Under the pieces are notes generated by a model that saw only the letters and a program-made list of their open reading frames with translations, did not search any database and was not told the origin of the DNA. A stretch of 64,000 nt of DNA from Thermoplasmata archaeon (GTDB lineage: Archaea; Thermoplasmatota; Thermoplasmata; Lutacidiplasmatales; UBA184): positions 21,561 to 85,560 of the forward strand of contig JAKAYL010000001.1 of NCBI GenBank assembly GCA_021809545.1. The letters run 5' to 3'. This document shows positions 37,775-47,542 of this stretch, one piece after another; position 1 is the first letter of the stretch, and every line of letters begins with the position of its first letter. Position numbers and translations under genes: made by a program.

Positions 37775-38902
37775 CTACTTCCGGGCGAGGGAGGTGATCA
37801 CGGCGGCGACCCGGCGTACCTCATCCTCGGTGGTGTTGTTCCCACTGGGGAGGTTCACTCCCTGATTCGCCAGCCGGTCGGCCACGGGGTAGCTCTGTCC
37901 CCGGAACTCCTGCTCGTAGATCTGCTGCCGGTGGATGGGAAGGAAGGCGGATCGCGTGTCGATCCCCTGTTCGCCGAGCTTCGACATGAGGTCGTCCTTG
38001 CTCATCCCGAAGGCGGCTGCGTCGACGAGGATCGTGTACATCCAGTACACGTTCTTCGCCCACGGCTGCTCGGGCGGGAGGGTGATCCCGGGAACGTGCG
38101 AAAGGAGGGAATTGTAGAGCGCGGCCACCTTCCGATGGTGGGCGACGAACTCGTCCATCCGCTGGAGCTGGCCAAGGCCGACGGCCGCCTGGAGGTTGGT
38201 CAGCCGGTAGTTGTAGCCGATCCGATCGTGGATCAACCACTTCCTCCGGGAGAGGTCGTACCCCTGGTCTCGGAGGGAGAGCACGGCGTTCGCGAGGGCA
38301 TCGTCGTTGGTCGTGACCATCCCACCCTCCCCGGTGGTGATGATCTTGTTGGCGTAGAAGCTGAAGGCGCTGAGGGTGGCAAGGGAGCCCACCGGTTTTC
38401 CCTTGTATTCTGCGCCGTGGGCTTCTGCCCCATCCTCCAGAGTGGGGATGTTCCGGGGAGCGAGGACTTCCCGGAGCTCGTCCATCTGGACCGGATGCCC
38501 GTAGATGTGGACCGGCATGACCGCTTTGGTCTTCGGGGTGAGCCGCGCGCGCACCTGGGCTGGGTCCAGGTTCCAAGTGATGGGTTCGGAATCGACCAGC
38601 ACGGGCTTCGCTCCGAGCTGCTTGATGACGTTCGCGCAGGCGATCATGGTGAAGGTGGGCAGGATGACCTCGTCGCCCGGACCCACGCCCAGCGCCGCCA
38701 GCGCCACATGGAGGGCCGTCGTCCCGCTCGTCACGGCCATGGCATGCTTCGCCCCTACCTTCGCGGCGAATCCCTTCTCAAATTCGTTGATGAACCGCCC
38801 CTTGGAGGAAATCCAGTTGGTGGTGAGGCACTCCAAGACGTTAGTGGTCTCGGCCGGAGAGAGGACGGGCGCCGCAATAGCGATTCGCTGGGCTGCGACC
38901 AT
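37775..38902 (-). CDS. DegT/DnrJ/EryC1/StrS-family PLP-dependent sugar aminotransferase
   Basis: SFSFYANKIITTGEGG (PLP-Lys motif) and N-terminal conservation. Confidence 0.9.
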   Translation of the reverse strand: MVAAQRIAIAAPVLSPAETTNVLECLTTNWISSKGRFINEFEKGFAAKVGAKHAMAVTSGTTALHVALAALGVGPGDEVILPTFTMIACANVIKQLGAKPVLVDSEPITWNLDPAQVRARLTPKTKAVMPVHIYGHPVQMDELREVLAPRNIPTLEDGAEAHGAEYKGKPVGSLATLSAFSFYANKIITTGEGGMVTTNDDALANAVLSLRDQGYDLSRRKWLIHDRIGYNYRLTNLQAAVGLGQLQRMDEFVAHHRKVAALYNSLLSHVPGITLPPEQPWAKNVYWMYTILVDAAAFGMSKDDLMSKLGEQGIDTRSAFLPIHRQQIYEQEFRGQSYPVADRLANQGVNLPSGNNTTEDEVRRVAAVITSLARK

Positions 38903-38928
38903 AGCTCACGCGCGACTTAAGGGTCCAA

Positions 38929-38937
38929 CTATATAAC
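38929..38937 (-). promoter_or_regulatory. TATA box (TTATATAG on the minus strand) for the aminotransferase/oxidoreductase/GT operon
   Basis: Sits 27-35 bp upstream of the ATG at 38902, consistent with a leaderless transcript. Confidence 0.4.
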
Positions 38938-39162
38938 GAAAGCTGGAGAATGCCCGACGACTGCGCTCCGTGTAGTGCGGGGAGGTGCTGGATGCTTCTC
39001 CAAGGGTTCCGGAGTTGGTTTCGACACGAAACACCGTGCAATTCCTAGAGTTGAGGTGTCCCGCACCCCCTAGATCAGATGCACAATCTCTTCGCAACGG
39101 ACCTCGCGGAGGGAAGGGGTGGAGGGTTCCCTCTCCAACGCGAGGAGAGGGCTCGGAGAATC

Positions 39163-40005
39163 TCAGTTCGGACCCGTACCGGAACTTCGCGAGAGGAATT
39201 GCCGGAATCGCTGGAGGCGGAGATAGGCCCACTCCCGGAACCGGACGCTGGGGACGAGGTTCGCGAGGAAGACGGCCCGGGCGCCCCAGGGATGGCGGGT
39301 GTGGCGGGTCCGCAGGGGGATCCGGAACGGGACCCGCCCCTGGACGGGGGCCCCTCGGCTCGAAAGTCGCCGATGGGCCTCTGAGTTGCGCTTCGCATAG
39401 AGGAGCGTGTTCAATGAGTAGTACAGAGCGACCCGTTCGTCCCGGTACACTTCCGGGCGGATCAGGTCGAAAGCGTCGTACCCCTGTGCGCGGAACCTCT
39501 CGACCCAGTAGTCCGGCCACTGCTCATTGACGTGGTGGGTGCCACCCTGGCCGGGGATCGCCGCGGAGAAGCATATCGCGTCCCCGTGCCGGACCAGCGT
39601 CGCCACGAGGGCGTCCGCGAACCGACCCTCCAGATGCTCGGCGACCTCGAGGCAGAGGACGAGGTCGAACCGGCGACCCAGGTCAAAGGGCTCCTGGAGA
39701 TCGTGAAAACGATAGACGGCGGGGGATATCAGGAGCGACGCGGTGCGTGCCCACTCCCCCTCGATACCGGTCAGGTCCGTCACCCCTTGGCGTTGGAATT
39801 CCCTCAAGAAGCTGCCGAGACCGCACCCGGTGTCGAGCACGCTCTGAACGGGCAGGAGACCCTTCAGGACCGGGATGAGTGCGACCGCCGAATCGTTCGA
39901 GACATCGGAGAACTCCTCATAGAACGACGCGTCGTACGAGGATCCGGAGGGGGGGTTCTGAGGGCCCGTCGGACGGGGCGGTTGCAACGACGGGTTCGCA
40001 GCCAT
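39163..40005 (-). CDS. Class I SAM-dependent methyltransferase (Methyltransf_23-like)
   Basis: Motif I VLDTGCGLGSF. The Arg-rich C-terminal ~80 aa is unusual. Confidence 0.7.
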   Translation of the reverse strand: MAANPSLQPPRPTGPQNPPSGSSYDASFYEEFSDVSNDSAVALIPVLKGLLPVQSVLDTGCGLGSFLREFQRQGVTDLTGIEGEWARTASLLISPAVYRFHDLQEPFDLGRRFDLVLCLEVAEHLEGRFADALVATLVRHGDAICFSAAIPGQGGTHHVNEQWPDYWVERFRAQGYDAFDLIRPEVYRDERVALYYSLNTLLYAKRNSEAHRRLSSRGAPVQGRVPFRIPLRTRHTRHPWGARAVFLANLVPSVRFREWAYLRLQRFRQFLSRSSGTGPN

Positions 40006-40075
40006 GGGGTTCGGATCAGAGGACCGGGGAACTTATCCGTGGCCCGGATATAACACCGATGGCGCAAGAGCCCAC

Positions 40076-40678
40076 CTAAAGGTGGCCGATGGTGCCCTTC
40101 AGGACGGGCTTGACCTCTTCCGGAGTGATCGTGCGGTTCAGGACCTGCTGCATCGACGTCATGATCTTCCCCTCGAACCCGCACGGGTGGATCTTCTCGA
40201 AGTAGGAGAGGTCGGTGGCCACGTTCAGTGCGAAGCCGTGGTAGGTCACCCAGTCCCGAACCGCGATGCCCACCGAGGCGATCTTCTTGTCCCCGACCCA
40301 GACCCCCCGCTTCCCCTCCACCCTGCGTCCCTGGATCCCGAAGGGTTCCAGCGTGCGGGCGACCATCTCCTCCAGGGCATGGACGAAGGCGCGCACGTCC
40401 CTTCCCCTCGGGGTTAGGTCCACGATGGGATATCCCACGATCTGGCCGGGCCCGTGGTAGGTGGCGAGCCCCCCGCGTTCGATGTGGAAGACCGGGACCC
40501 CGTCCACCTCCTCCGCGTCCAGCCCGCCCTGCACCCCGACCGTGAAGACGGGCGGATGCTCCACGAGAAGGAGCGTGTCCCCGCGACGGCCCTCCTTCCG
40601 CTCGAGGCGCATCCGTTGCATGAGGTCCCACGCCTCGCGATAGTCGACCCGCCCCAGGTCGAGGATCTCAGCGGGCAC
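40076..40678 (-). CDS. lipB: Octanoyltransferase (lipoyl(octanoyl) transferase) LipB
   Basis: RGGLATYHGPGQ motif; ~200 aa. Confidence 0.85.
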   Translation of the reverse strand: MPAEILDLGRVDYREAWDLMQRMRLERKEGRRGDTLLLVEHPPVFTVGVQGGLDAEEVDGVPVFHIERGGLATYHGPGQIVGYPIVDLTPRGRDVRAFVHALEEMVARTLEPFGIQGRRVEGKRGVWVGDKKIASVGIAVRDWVTYHGFALNVATDLSYFEKIHPCGFEGKIMTSMQQVLNRTITPEEVKPVLKGTIGHL

Positions 40679-42083
40679 CCTTCCTCACCGACACGTGCAT
40701 CGGCTCGCCCAGCCAGAGGAGGGCGACCTCCCCCAGGAGCTCGCCGTAGGTCGGGTGGGGATGGATCGTTCCGGCGATGTCGCGCACGGTCGCTCCCAGC
40801 TCGAGGGCGAGGGCGGCCTCGCTGATGAAGTCCCCGCAGTTCGCTCCGACGGCATGGACCCCGAGCAACTGTCCGGTCCCTTCCTCGGCCACGAGCTTGA
40901 CGAAGCCCCGTTCCTCATGGTTCGCGTGGGCCCTCCCAAGGGCGGCGTAGGGAAAGCGCACCTCCCGGGCCTTGAGGCCCTTCGGTTCGCACTCCGCAAG
41001 CGTGAGCCCGACGGAGGCGACCTCCGGGACCGTGAAGACCACCGAGGGGACGACCTGGTAGTTCCACCGGGTGGGAAGCCCTGCGATCGCCTCGGCGGCG
41101 ACGAGCCCCTCCCGGTAGGACTTGTGGGCCAGCATGGGGGGACGAGCCACGTCCCCGGCCGCAAAGATCTTCGGGTTGCTGGTCGCCATCCGGTCGTCGA
41201 CGACGGGGAATCCCTTGACGTTGACCACGACCTGCGCTTCCTCCAGGTTGAGCTGCCGGGTCTCGGGGCGCTTCCCCACCGTCATGAAGAGGATATCCCC
41301 GGAGAGCTTCTCGGTGCCGGTCTCGGTCTTGACCTCGAGGGTCACCCCTCCGGGCCCCTTCTCCAGGCTGAGCGCCTTCGAGGAAATGAAGACCCGGATG
41401 CCGAGCGCCTCGACCGCCCTCGACACTTCGCGGACGAGGTCCGGTTCGATCCCGGGAAGGATCTGCGGCATCATCTCGACGATCGTGACCTTGCTCCCCA
41501 ACCGGGCGTAGTGCTGCCCGAGCTCGACTCCGCTCACCCCGCCCCCGAGCACCAAGATGCTCGCGGGGACGTGGTCGAGGTTGAGCATGTCCCGGGCGGT
41601 CAGGACCTGCTTCCCATCGGGCTCCATGCCCGAGAGCGCCACATGGTAGCCCCCCGTCGCCAGGAGGGCGGCCCGGAAGCTCACCTCCTCCTTCCCGCGG
41701 AGGCTCTCGATGAGGGCGTGCTCGGGGCCCGTGAAGAAGGCGGTCCCGTTGATCCACTCGACCCCGGCGGCCTTGAGGAGCATCTCGACCCCTTTGCGCT
41801 CCTTCTCGACGACGCTCGTCTTCCACCGCTGCATGGCGGAGACGTCGAAGGAGTTCTCCGGAATCGTGAGGCCCATCTCGGCCCCGTGCTCCCGCAGGTG
41901 CCGGTAGATGGAGGAGAGATGGATAAGGGCCTTGGAGGGGATGCAGCCACGGTTCAGGCATTCGCCGCCCAGATACTCCTTCTCGACAAGGGTGACCTTC
42001 CGCCCCAGCTGGCCAAGGCGCGTCGCGGCCACGTAACCGGCAGGCCCGCCCCCGATGATGAGGACGTCCACTTGGCGCGTCAC
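40668..42083 (-). CDS. lpdA: Dihydrolipoyl dehydrogenase (E3)
   Basis: FAD motif GGGPAGY, redox disulfide GGECLNRGCIPSK, C-terminal HPHPTYGE. The GTG start overlaps the E1-alpha stop as GTGA; the ORF-track N-terminal extension is spurious. Confidence 0.9.
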   Translation of the reverse strand: MTRQVDVLIIGGGPAGYVAATRLGQLGRKVTLVEKEYLGGECLNRGCIPSKALIHLSSIYRHLREHGAEMGLTIPENSFDVSAMQRWKTSVVEKERKGVEMLLKAAGVEWINGTAFFTGPEHALIESLRGKEEVSFRAALLATGGYHVALSGMEPDGKQVLTARDMLNLDHVPASILVLGGGVSGVELGQHYARLGSKVTIVEMMPQILPGIEPDLVREVSRAVEALGIRVFISSKALSLEKGPGGVTLEVKTETGTEKLSGDILFMTVGKRPETRQLNLEEAQVVVNVKGFPVVDDRMATSNPKIFAAGDVARPPMLAHKSYREGLVAAEAIAGLPTRWNYQVVPSVVFTVPEVASVGLTLAECEPKGLKAREVRFPYAALGRAHANHEERGFVKLVAEEGTGQLLGVHAVGANCGDFISEAALALELGATVRDIAGTIHPHPTYGELLGEVALLWLGEPMHVSVRKGAR

Positions 42084-43171
42084 GGGAAGTGCCCTCCCTG
42101 GTCGCGGTCGAAGGTGTCCCGCTCCTCGGTGAGCGGCCAGTGCGTCTCGGAGAGGGTGTCGCGGAAGAGGGTGTCGGGGGAGGGCGGCGGGGCGACCTCC
42201 GCCTCGGCGATCGCCTTGCGGAACATATCCTCGATCTCCTTGCGCAGCGCTTCCTTCTTCTCCGGTGCGAGCAACTGTAGCCTGTCCACGAGCCCCTCCA
42301 GCCGGCCCAGGGGATCGTGGGCCCGGGCCTCCTTCATCCAGTTCGCGGGGTAGTAGCGGGTGGGATCGTCGGAGGAGGAGTGGGGGTTCATGCGGAAGAC
42401 AAGGGCTTCGAGGAAGACCGGCCCGTTCCCCGCGAGCAGGGAGGCCCGGGCCTCCCGGACCTGGGAGATGACCTCGACCACGTCGGTCCCGTCCATCCGG
42501 ACCCCCCGCATCCCGTAGGCCTTCGCCTTGTTGGCGAGCACCGGGACGGCGGTCTGCTTCGCCACGGGGACGGAGATGGCCCACTGGTTGTTCGCGCAGA
42601 CGAAGAGGACCGGGACGTTGTAGACGCTCGCGAAGTTCATCCCGGAGTGGAAATCGGTGGTGCTCGTCGCCCCATCACCGAAGAAGACGGCGGTGATTCC
42701 CGTTTCTCCCCGGTAGCGCTGGGCGTAGGCGGAGCCCACCGCCTGCGAGATCTGCGTCCCGACGGTGCTGGCCATGGAGACGTAGTGGACCGGCTTCCCC
42801 GTCGGGTGGCAGGGCATCTGCCGACCCAGAGAGGGGTCTGTCCCGTTACCGAAAAGGTGGTGCACGTAGCCCTGGAGGTCCAGTCCCCGTGCAAGGGCGA
42901 GGAGCTGCTCCCGGAGGCCCGGGAGAATCCAGTCCTCCTTCTGGAGAGCGAGGGCGCTCCCGACGTTCACGGCCTCGTGCCCGGTGGCAGGGCCATAGAA
43001 GCCCACCCGGCCCTGACGTTGCAGGCCGAGGAAGCGTGTGTCCATCAGGCGGCCGAACAACATCCAACGGTAGGCCAACTCGAGGGTCCCCTTCCACCCG
43101 TCGCCCAGCTTCTGGGCGAGTTCCGCCTCGGTGTAGGAGAGGGGGAGCAGACCTTCGGGAGGGGAATCCAT
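42080..43171 (-). CDS. 2-oxoacid dehydrogenase E1 component alpha subunit, copy 1
   Basis: ThDP motif GDGATSTTDFHSGMNFASVYNVPVLFVCANNQWA. Confidence 0.9.
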   Translation of the reverse strand: MDSPPEGLLPLSYTEAELAQKLGDGWKGTLELAYRWMLFGRLMDTRFLGLQRQGRVGFYGPATGHEAVNVGSALALQKEDWILPGLREQLLALARGLDLQGYVHHLFGNGTDPSLGRQMPCHPTGKPVHYVSMASTVGTQISQAVGSAYAQRYRGETGITAVFFGDGATSTTDFHSGMNFASVYNVPVLFVCANNQWAISVPVAKQTAVPVLANKAKAYGMRGVRMDGTDVVEVISQVREARASLLAGNGPVFLEALVFRMNPHSSSDDPTRYYPANWMKEARAHDPLGRLEGLVDRLQLLAPEKKEALRKEIEDMFRKAIAEAEVAPPPSPDTLFRDTLSETHWPLTEERDTFDRDQGGHFP

Positions 43172-43183
43172 CGGCCGGACCTC

Positions 43184-44473
43184 TCACTTGAGCTCGAGGA
43201 GCAGCTGGTGCGGGTCCTCGAGCCGGGCCTTCACGGAGGCGATGAACTGGGCCCCGTCGTAGCCGTCGATGGCCCGGTGGTCCAGGGAGATGGAGAGGTT
43301 CATCATGTGGGCGACACCGAAACCACCGTCCGGGAGGACGACGGGCCGGCGTTCGATCTTGTGGACCCCCAGGATGGCGACCTCCGGGTAGTTCAGGATC
43401 GGGGTCGCGAGCAGGCCTCCGAGCGCCCCCAGGCTCGAGATCGTGAAGGTGCTCCCCGTGAGCTCCTCCCGCGTGAGCTTGCCGACCCGGCCCCGGGTGG
43501 AAAGATCCTCGATCTCCTTCGCAATGGTGGCGATGCTCTTCTTGTCCGCGTCCTTGATGACGGGGACGATGAGGCCGTCGGGGGTGGCGGCGGCGATGCC
43601 GATGTTGTAGTAGTGGCAGACCACGAGCTCGCCCTTCTCGTCGTCCATGAGGGCGTTGACACGGGGGTGATCCTTCAGGGACTCGACGACCGCCTTCGTG
43701 ATGAAGGCGAGATAGGTGAGGGGGACCCCGCGCTCCTCGAACTTCTTCTTGGCCTTCTCCCGCACCCGGACGAGCTCGGAGACGTTGAGCTCCTCGACGT
43801 AGGTGTAGTGGGCCGCGTGCGATTTCGAGAGGCTCATGTGCTCCGCAATGACCCGGCGGAGCCCCCGGAGGGGGATCCGCTCCTGCAACGGCCCCTGCGA
43901 CGGGGAAACGGGAACGGGCACGGGAGCCGGTGGGATCCGAGCGGGCGCCGGGGCGGCGTCGGCGGGCCGGGAGGGAGCGACGGGAGCAACGACCGGGGCG
44001 GCCGCGGTTCCCCCCTTCGCGAAGGAGAGGAGGTCCGCATCGGTGACCCGACCTCCGGGGCCGGTCCCGCGGACTTGACGGAGGTCGACCCCGAGCTCGT
44101 TGGCTCGGCGGCGGATCGCGGGCGTGGTGATGACCCGATCGTTCCCGCCGGCGGGGGCCGCGGGGGTGGGCGCCGCTGCGGGGGCGGTGGGTGCGGGGGC
44201 CCCGTGGCCCTCCGTCCGGGACGGGGTGGCCCCGCCCTCGGCCTCGAAGGTGATGAGGAGGCCGCCGACCTTGACGATCTCTCCTTCCTTGGCGCTGATC
44301 GAGAGCACCTTGCCCTTCACGGGACAGGGGATCTCCACGTTCGCCTTGTCCGTCAGCACGCTGACCAGGGGCTGGTCCTCCTGGACCGTGTCCCCGACCT
44401 TGACGTGCCACTTGACGACCTCGCCCTGCGCGACGCCCTCTCCGATATCCGGCAACCGGAACTCGTACCCCAT
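43184..44473 (-). CDS. Dihydrolipoamide acyltransferase (E2)
   Basis: Lipoyl domain with LTDKANVEIP, an Ala/Pro linker and catalytic DHRAIDG. Confidence 0.9.
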   Translation of the reverse strand: MGYEFRLPDIGEGVAQGEVVKWHVKVGDTVQEDQPLVSVLTDKANVEIPCPVKGKVLSISAKEGEIVKVGGLLITFEAEGGATPSRTEGHGAPAPTAPAAAPTPAAPAGGNDRVITTPAIRRRANELGVDLRQVRGTGPGGRVTDADLLSFAKGGTAAAPVVAPVAPSRPADAAPAPARIPPAPVPVPVSPSQGPLQERIPLRGLRRVIAEHMSLSKSHAAHYTYVEELNVSELVRVREKAKKKFEERGVPLTYLAFITKAVVESLKDHPRVNALMDDEKGELVVCHYYNIGIAAATPDGLIVPVIKDADKKSIATIAKEIEDLSTRGRVGKLTREELTGSTFTISSLGALGGLLATPILNYPEVAILGVHKIERRPVVLPDGGFGVAHMMNLSISLDHRAIDGYDGAQFIASVKARLEDPHQLLLELK

Positions 44474-44503
44474 GGTGGTTTGACCTCTTCTTCCTCGATC
44501 CCT

Positions 44504-45481
44504 TCAGGCGGAGGTTGCCGTCCGCTCGATCCCTCGGGCGATGCGGTCAACGCTTGGCAAGTAAAGGTTCTCGAGCGCGTAGGGGAAGGGAGTGTCGTAG
44601 CCGGTGATCCGGAGGACGGGGGCCTTCAGGCTGTAGAGGCAGCGTTCCGAGATCGTGGCGGAGAGTTCCGCCCCGAAACCGGAGAACTTCGGAGCCTCGT
44701 GGACGATGACGGCCCGCCCCGTCTTCTCGACGGAGGCGACGATGGCGTCCACGTCGAGGGGCACGAGGGTCCTGAGGTCGACGACCTCCGCGTGGATCCC
44801 CATCTTCTCGACGACGTTCGCCGCCTGGAGGGTCTGGGGGACCATGGACCCGTAGGCGAATACGCTCACGTCCGAGCCCTCCTTGGCGATCCGGGCCTTG
44901 CCGAAGGGGATGCGGACATCCCCGGCGGGGACCTCGCCGGTCGCCGTCCGGTAGATCCGCTTCGGCTCCATGAAGAGCACGGGATCCTCGTCGAAGATGG
45001 CCGAGAGCAGGAGACCCTTCGCGTCCGCAGGGGTCGAGGGGATCACCACCTTGATCCCCGGGGTGCTCGTGAAGAGCTGTTCGGTGCTCTGGGAGTGATA
45101 GAGCCCGCCCTTGATGCCGCCCCCGTAGGGGGTCCGGAGCACGATGTGCGCGGGGAACTCGCCGCCCGAGCGGTAGCGGAACTTCGCGGCCTCGCTCACG
45201 ATCTGGTCGAAGGCCGGGTAGATGAAATCCATGAACTGGATCTCGGCGACGGGTTTGAGCCCCTGGAGGGCCATCCCGATCGCCATGCCGACGATCCCGT
45301 TCTCGCTGAGGGGAGTGTCGAGCACGCGCTTCTCCCCGAACTCCTTGTAGAGCCCGTCCGTTGCGCGGAAGACGCCCCCGTTGACCCCGATGTCCTCTCC
45401 GAGGAGGATGACGTCGGGGTCCTTCGCCATGGCCACCTTCAAGGCCTGGTTGACCGCCTGGATGAGCGTTACCTCGGTCAT
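44504..45481 (-). CDS. 2-oxoacid dehydrogenase E1 component beta subunit
   Basis: Transketolase-like pyrimidine-binding and C-terminal domains; its start overlaps the upstream alpha-gene stop by 4 bp. Confidence 0.9.
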   Translation of the reverse strand: MTEVTLIQAVNQALKVAMAKDPDVILLGEDIGVNGGVFRATDGLYKEFGEKRVLDTPLSENGIVGMAIGMALQGLKPVAEIQFMDFIYPAFDQIVSEAAKFRYRSGGEFPAHIVLRTPYGGGIKGGLYHSQSTEQLFTSTPGIKVVIPSTPADAKGLLLSAIFDEDPVLFMEPKRIYRTATGEVPAGDVRIPFGKARIAKEGSDVSVFAYGSMVPQTLQAANVVEKMGIHAEVVDLRTLVPLDVDAIVASVEKTGRAVIVHEAPKFSGFGAELSATISERCLYSLKAPVLRITGYDTPFPYALENLYLPSVDRIARGIERTATSA

Positions 45482-46521
45482 GGCCGAAGCACCCCCTGGC
45501 TCACCATCTCAAGGAATTCCCGGCGCTGTTCCTCCAGGAGGGACGTGGGTTCCTTGAATACGTCGTCGAACAGCGTGGAGGGGTCGGGCGGCGGGGACTT
45601 CTCCGCGGCGTCGATCGCGGACTGGACCTCCAGTTTGGCCTCCTCGTGGATCTTCTCGGCCCCGGCCTCGTCCAGCCATCCCTTCGCGATGAGCTCGCTC
45701 TGGAGGCGGTCGATCGGGTCCTTCTCTCTCCAGCTGGCAACGACCTCCGACTTGCGGTAGCGGGTCGGATCGTCCGAGGTGGAGTGGGGGCCCATACGGA
45801 AGGTGAGGGCCTCGATGAGGGTCGGACCCTCGCCGGCGACCGCCCGGGCGCGGGCCTGGGAGACGGCTTTGTACACGGCGGCGAAGTCGTTCCCGTCGAC
45901 CTGCACGCCGGGGAAGCCGTAGGCCTCGGCCTTCTCGGCCAGGGTCGGGCTCCGGGTCTGCTTCTCGCGCGGGAGGGAGATGGCCCAACCGTTGTTCTGG
46001 AGGAAGAAGATGACGGGCGCCTTGTAGACCCCGGCGAAATTCATGCCGGCATGGAAGTCGGAGGAGCTCGTCGCACCATCCCCGAAGAAGGGGACGCTCA
46101 CGACCTTCTCTCCCTTGTAGAGGGAGGCGGCCGCGATCCCCGTGGCGAGGACGATCTGCGTGCCGATCGGGCTCGAGGCGGTGATGTAGCGGTAGTCCCG
46201 GTACCCGTAGTGGCAAGGCATCTGGCGCCCCTTGAGAAGATCCGCGGAGTTGCCGAAGAACTGGTCGAAGAGCGTCTTGAGGGGGATGCCTCGGGCGAGG
46301 GCGACCCCGAGCTCCCGGTAGGCCGGGAGGATCCAGTCCTGTGCATCGAGGGCGAGGCCGCAGCCCACTTGGGCCGCCTCCTGGCCGTTCATCGGGACGT
46401 AGAATCCGATCCTCCCCTGCCGTTGAAGGTTCGTCCCGCGCTCATCGGCGGCCCGACCCAGCACCATGAGCCGGAAGCCGCGCAACATCGTCTCCTTCGA
46501 TGGGTCTCCCACTTCGCTCAT
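45478..46521 (-). CDS. 2-oxoacid dehydrogenase E1 component alpha subunit, copy 2 (paralog)
   Basis: ThDP motif GDGATSSSDFHAGMNFAGVYKAPVIFFLQNNGWA. ATG at 46519-46521 (MSEVGDPSK), and a TTATAAAT box ~30 bp upstream. Confidence 0.85.
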   Translation of the reverse strand: MSEVGDPSKETMLRGFRLMVLGRAADERGTNLQRQGRIGFYVPMNGQEAAQVGCGLALDAQDWILPAYRELGVALARGIPLKTLFDQFFGNSADLLKGRQMPCHYGYRDYRYITASSPIGTQIVLATGIAAASLYKGEKVVSVPFFGDGATSSSDFHAGMNFAGVYKAPVIFFLQNNGWAISLPREKQTRSPTLAEKAEAYGFPGVQVDGNDFAAVYKAVSQARARAVAGEGPTLIEALTFRMGPHSTSDDPTRYRKSEVVASWREKDPIDRLQSELIAKGWLDEAGAEKIHEEAKLEVQSAIDAAEKSPPPDPSTLFDDVFKEPTSLLEEQRREFLEMVSQGVLRP

Positions 46522-46550
46522 GACTAGACGTGGGAGAGGATGGCCTTTTG

Positions 46551-46559
46551 ATTTATAAG
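46551..46559 (-). promoter_or_regulatory. TATA box (CTTATAAAT on the minus strand) upstream of the E1-alpha copy 2 / dehydrogenase operon
   Basis: About 30-35 bp from the ATG at 46521. Confidence 0.35.
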
Positions 46560-46666
46560 TTATCAGCCGTCGTAATCCGGACAAGCACCCCGTAAGGGGG
46601 GGGACACCCCGCCTCTTCGTACGGGGCCATCCCTCGGAGGGAACAACGAGCGCGGACATCGGAAAG

Positions 46667-47542
46667 GTGAAATCCCCTCGCACTGTACCGGCGGTCATCG
46701 TGTGGAAGATACCTGACGAGATACGGGAGGCACGCCTGGACGCTGGAGGGATTCATTTCCGGTACCTCGAGTCGGGGCCGGCCACGGGAGCCGCTCGGAC
46801 CGTGCTTCTCCTCCATGGGTTCGGCGCCCGCTCCGAGATCTGGCTCGAGGTCATGAAAGAACTGCCCCGGGAATGGCAGGTCGTCGCCGTCGATCTCCCC
46901 TGCCACGGGCTCTCGTCGCAACTCCCCGGGAAGGTGCGCACGGTGCCCCTCTACCTTCAGGCGCTCGCGGCCTTCGTCGAGGCGAAGATGCCCCCGCACT
47001 TCGCGATCATCGGGAGCTCCCTGGGCGGCGCGCTCGGGGCGATGCTCGCCCTCAAGTACCCCCAACGGGTCGACAAGCTGGTACTGGCCGCGGCTTCGGG
47101 CCTCACCCCCAAGCTGCCTGGGAAGACCGTACGGCTCTACCTTCCCTACATCCTCGGCGCCTATCTCTTCACGCCGACCGTCAAGAAGTTCCGCTCCTTC
47201 CTCGCGAAGGGAGTCTTCTACGACCCGAAGTTCATCCAAGAGGCCTGGCTCTCGTCGCTGGTGGAGGAATGGCGGCCCCGGGCCCAAAGGATGTCCTTCC
47301 TCGCCATCGCGGGTGCCCTGCGGCGCCCGGACGCCTCCGTGTCCGCCTCGCTGGGGAACCTCAAGGTCCCGACGCTCCTCCTCTGGGGGAAGAACGATGC
47401 CCACTTCGACTGGGCTCAGAACGAACAGGCGGCCAAGTCCATCCCCGGGTCCCGCTTCGTGGTCTACGACAACTGCGGTCACCTGCCGATGGTCGAGAAG
47501 TTCCGGGAGTCCCTCGCGGAAGTCCGGGGCTTCCTCGGATGA
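46667..47542 (+). CDS. Alpha/beta-fold hydrolase
   Basis: HGFG oxyanion motif and nucleophile elbow GSSLGG. GTG start. Confidence 0.75.
   Translation: MKSPRTVPAVIVWKIPDEIREARLDAGGIHFRYLESGPATGAARTVLLLHGFGARSEIWLEVMKELPREWQVVAVDLPCHGLSSQLPGKVRTVPLYLQALAAFVEAKMPPHFAIIGSSLGGALGAMLALKYPQRVDKLVLAAASGLTPKLPGKTVRLYLPYILGAYLFTPTVKKFRSFLAKGVFYDPKFIQEAWLSSLVEEWRPRAQRMSFLAIAGALRRPDASVSASLGNLKVPTLLLWGKNDAHFDWAQNEQAAKSIPGSRFVVYDNCGHLPMVEKFRESLAEVRGFLG

Noticed and set aside
46561-46666. Possible structured RNA (CACCCCGTAAGGGGGGG and CGTACGGGGCC hairpins) upstream of the alpha/beta hydrolase gene.
   Set aside because: These are short G/C hairpins, expected by chance at this GC content. No conserved riboswitch-like architecture is recognisable.
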